Shown here piece by piece: positions 45,522-46,651 of a DNA stretch of 46,651 bases. Source of the DNA: Coniocarpon cinnabarinum. Lineage: Eukaryota. A program made the translations under genes and the position numbers. Below the pieces are notes generated by a model. It searched no databases and was not told the origin of the DNA. It saw nothing but the letters and a program-made list of their open reading frames with translations. The stretch is taken from contig JAVECO010000022.1 of assembly GCA_051942205.1 (NCBI GenBank), forward strand, positions 124,001 to 170,651, given 5' to 3'. The first letter of the stretch is position 1; every line of letters begins with the position of its first letter.

Positions 45522-46651
45522 ATGGACTACGAGTCCGACTCATCCACAGACTCCCTCACAGCCCTCACGGCGACCACCGTGACACTCGGCTACGCCAGCC
45601 ACGAACCCACCTCCGACGACTTCTCCCAACTAGGCGGACAACCCACATGGCCTTCGTCCCAGCCTCCCTCGGCAGACTTCGCGACCTGCAAGTGCTGCAG
45701 CAATATCATGCCGTTGCTGTTACAATTGAACGCGGATTTGCCTGAGCGGTTTCCAAGTCATGAACGACGGTTGTATATCTGGGGGTGTCGGAAGAAGACT
45801 TGTAGGAGGAAAAATGGCAGCGTGCGGAGTCTGCGGGGTGTGAGGAAGGTGAAACACGCGTCTTCAGATATTGCACAGGCGCAGGAGAACAAGCTTGAAG
45901 AGAAGAAACAAGACATAGGAGCTGCGTTGTTTGGTGGCGCCGCGAACCCCTTCGCAGCTAATGCCGCCGCCAATAACAGCAGTAACCCCTTCTCAGCTTC
46001 TGCGTCTCAGCAAGCCAGCCATTCTAATCCCTTCGCCGCCACGCCCGCTCCAACTTCTTTACTTGAACCAAAGCCTCAAACCATGGAGCCCTCGTCCACC
46101 ACAACCAACGACCTCCCCCAAAGCTTCGCCTCCAAACTCCGTGTCTCTTCCACGACCGACCAACAACTCGAACCACCACCCAAAGCATGGCCGTCCCCAT
46201 TGTCTCTCCCAAAACCCTACCCCACCTTCCACATCGAAGCCGAAACCGAATACCTCGGCCCCTCCCAAGCAAACGATCAAACTCACAACTACGACACCCT
46301 CCTCGACACCACCACAAGCGAAGGCGGCAGCAGCAGCAAAGAAGACAAAGCCCTGTACGAAAGCGCCCACGACAAGACGTTCCAGACGTTCGCGGACACA
46401 CTCTCCCAGAACCCAGAGCAAATTTTACGTTATGACTTCGACGGACGACCGCTTCTGTATTCTTCCACTGATCCTGTGGGACGGCTGTTTTCAGCGAAGG
46501 GAGGTGACGAGGCGATGAGTAATAGTCTTGATGCGAAGGTTAAGGTGATTGCGCAGGGATCGAGCTTGCCGAGGTGTCAGCGGTGTGGTGCTCAAAGGGT
46601 GTTTGAGATGCAATTGACGCCGGGGACGATTGGGGAGTTGGAATCGGAGAT
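45522..46651 (+). CDS. TSR4: Tsr4/PDCD2-like ribosomal protein chaperone (3' partial)
   Basis: Read manually from ATG 45522: MDYESDS...VTLGYA...SQLGGQPTWP...CKCC..MPLLLQL...RRLYIWGC...; later DKTFQTF...NPEQILRYDFDGRPL and LPRCQRCGAQRVFEMQLTP. Runs off the window end. Confidence 0.9.
   Translation, partial: MDYESDSSTDSLTALTATTVTLGYASHEPTSDDFSQLGGQPTWPSSQPPSADFATCKCCSNIMPLLLQLNADLPERFPSHERRLYIWGCRKKTCRRKNGSVRSLRGVRKVKHASSDIAQAQENKLEEKKQDIGAALFGGAANPFAANAAANNSSNPFSASASQQASHSNPFAATPAPTSLLEPKPQTMEPSSTTTNDLPQSFASKLRVSSTTDQQLEPPPKAWPSPLSLPKPYPTFHIEAETEYLGPSQANDQTHNYDTLLDTTTSEGGSSSKEDKALYESAHDKTFQTFADTLSQNPEQILRYDFDGRPLLYSSTDPVGRLFSAKGGDEAMSNSLDAKVKVIAQGSSLPRCQRCGAQRVFEMQLTPGTIGELESE

Noticed and set aside
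45931..46518. 195-aa Pro-rich ORF
   Set aside because: Alternate frame of TSR4; the true frame is missing from the ORF track because it runs off the window.

Overview
Gene-dense eukaryotic window from a filamentous ascomycete (short GT-AG introns with CTAAC/CTGAC branch points; Pezizomycotina-type proteins; species not identifiable from sequence alone). I can support about 17 protein-coding genes: RRP41 (partial), an SDR, a forkhead TF, cactin, XLF/NEJ1, GAA1, RBD2, DAL3, CWH43, a GH5_7 mannanase, a GH45 subfamily-C-like glucanase, an F-box-like protein, RTC1/SEA2, HMT1, a CRH/UTR2 GH16, a bacterial-type DHH phosphoesterase and TSR4 (partial). No tRNA, rRNA or CRISPR features were seen. The most notable observations are: (i) a RecJ/NrnA-like DHH nuclease with an apparent mitochondrial presequence, a second Met plus basic patch, and a C-terminal PIP-like motif; (ii) a PcCel45A-like GH45 with an unusual repeat/His-rich/acidic-Cys tail, next to a mannanase lacking a conserved subsite Trp; (iii) an intact 190-bp hAT-type MITE with a 17-bp TIR and 8-bp TSD; (iv) a RIP-like mutated 120-bp direct repeat; (v) a minimal uORF abutting the HMT1 start. 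All family assignments come from motif recognition and no database search was run.
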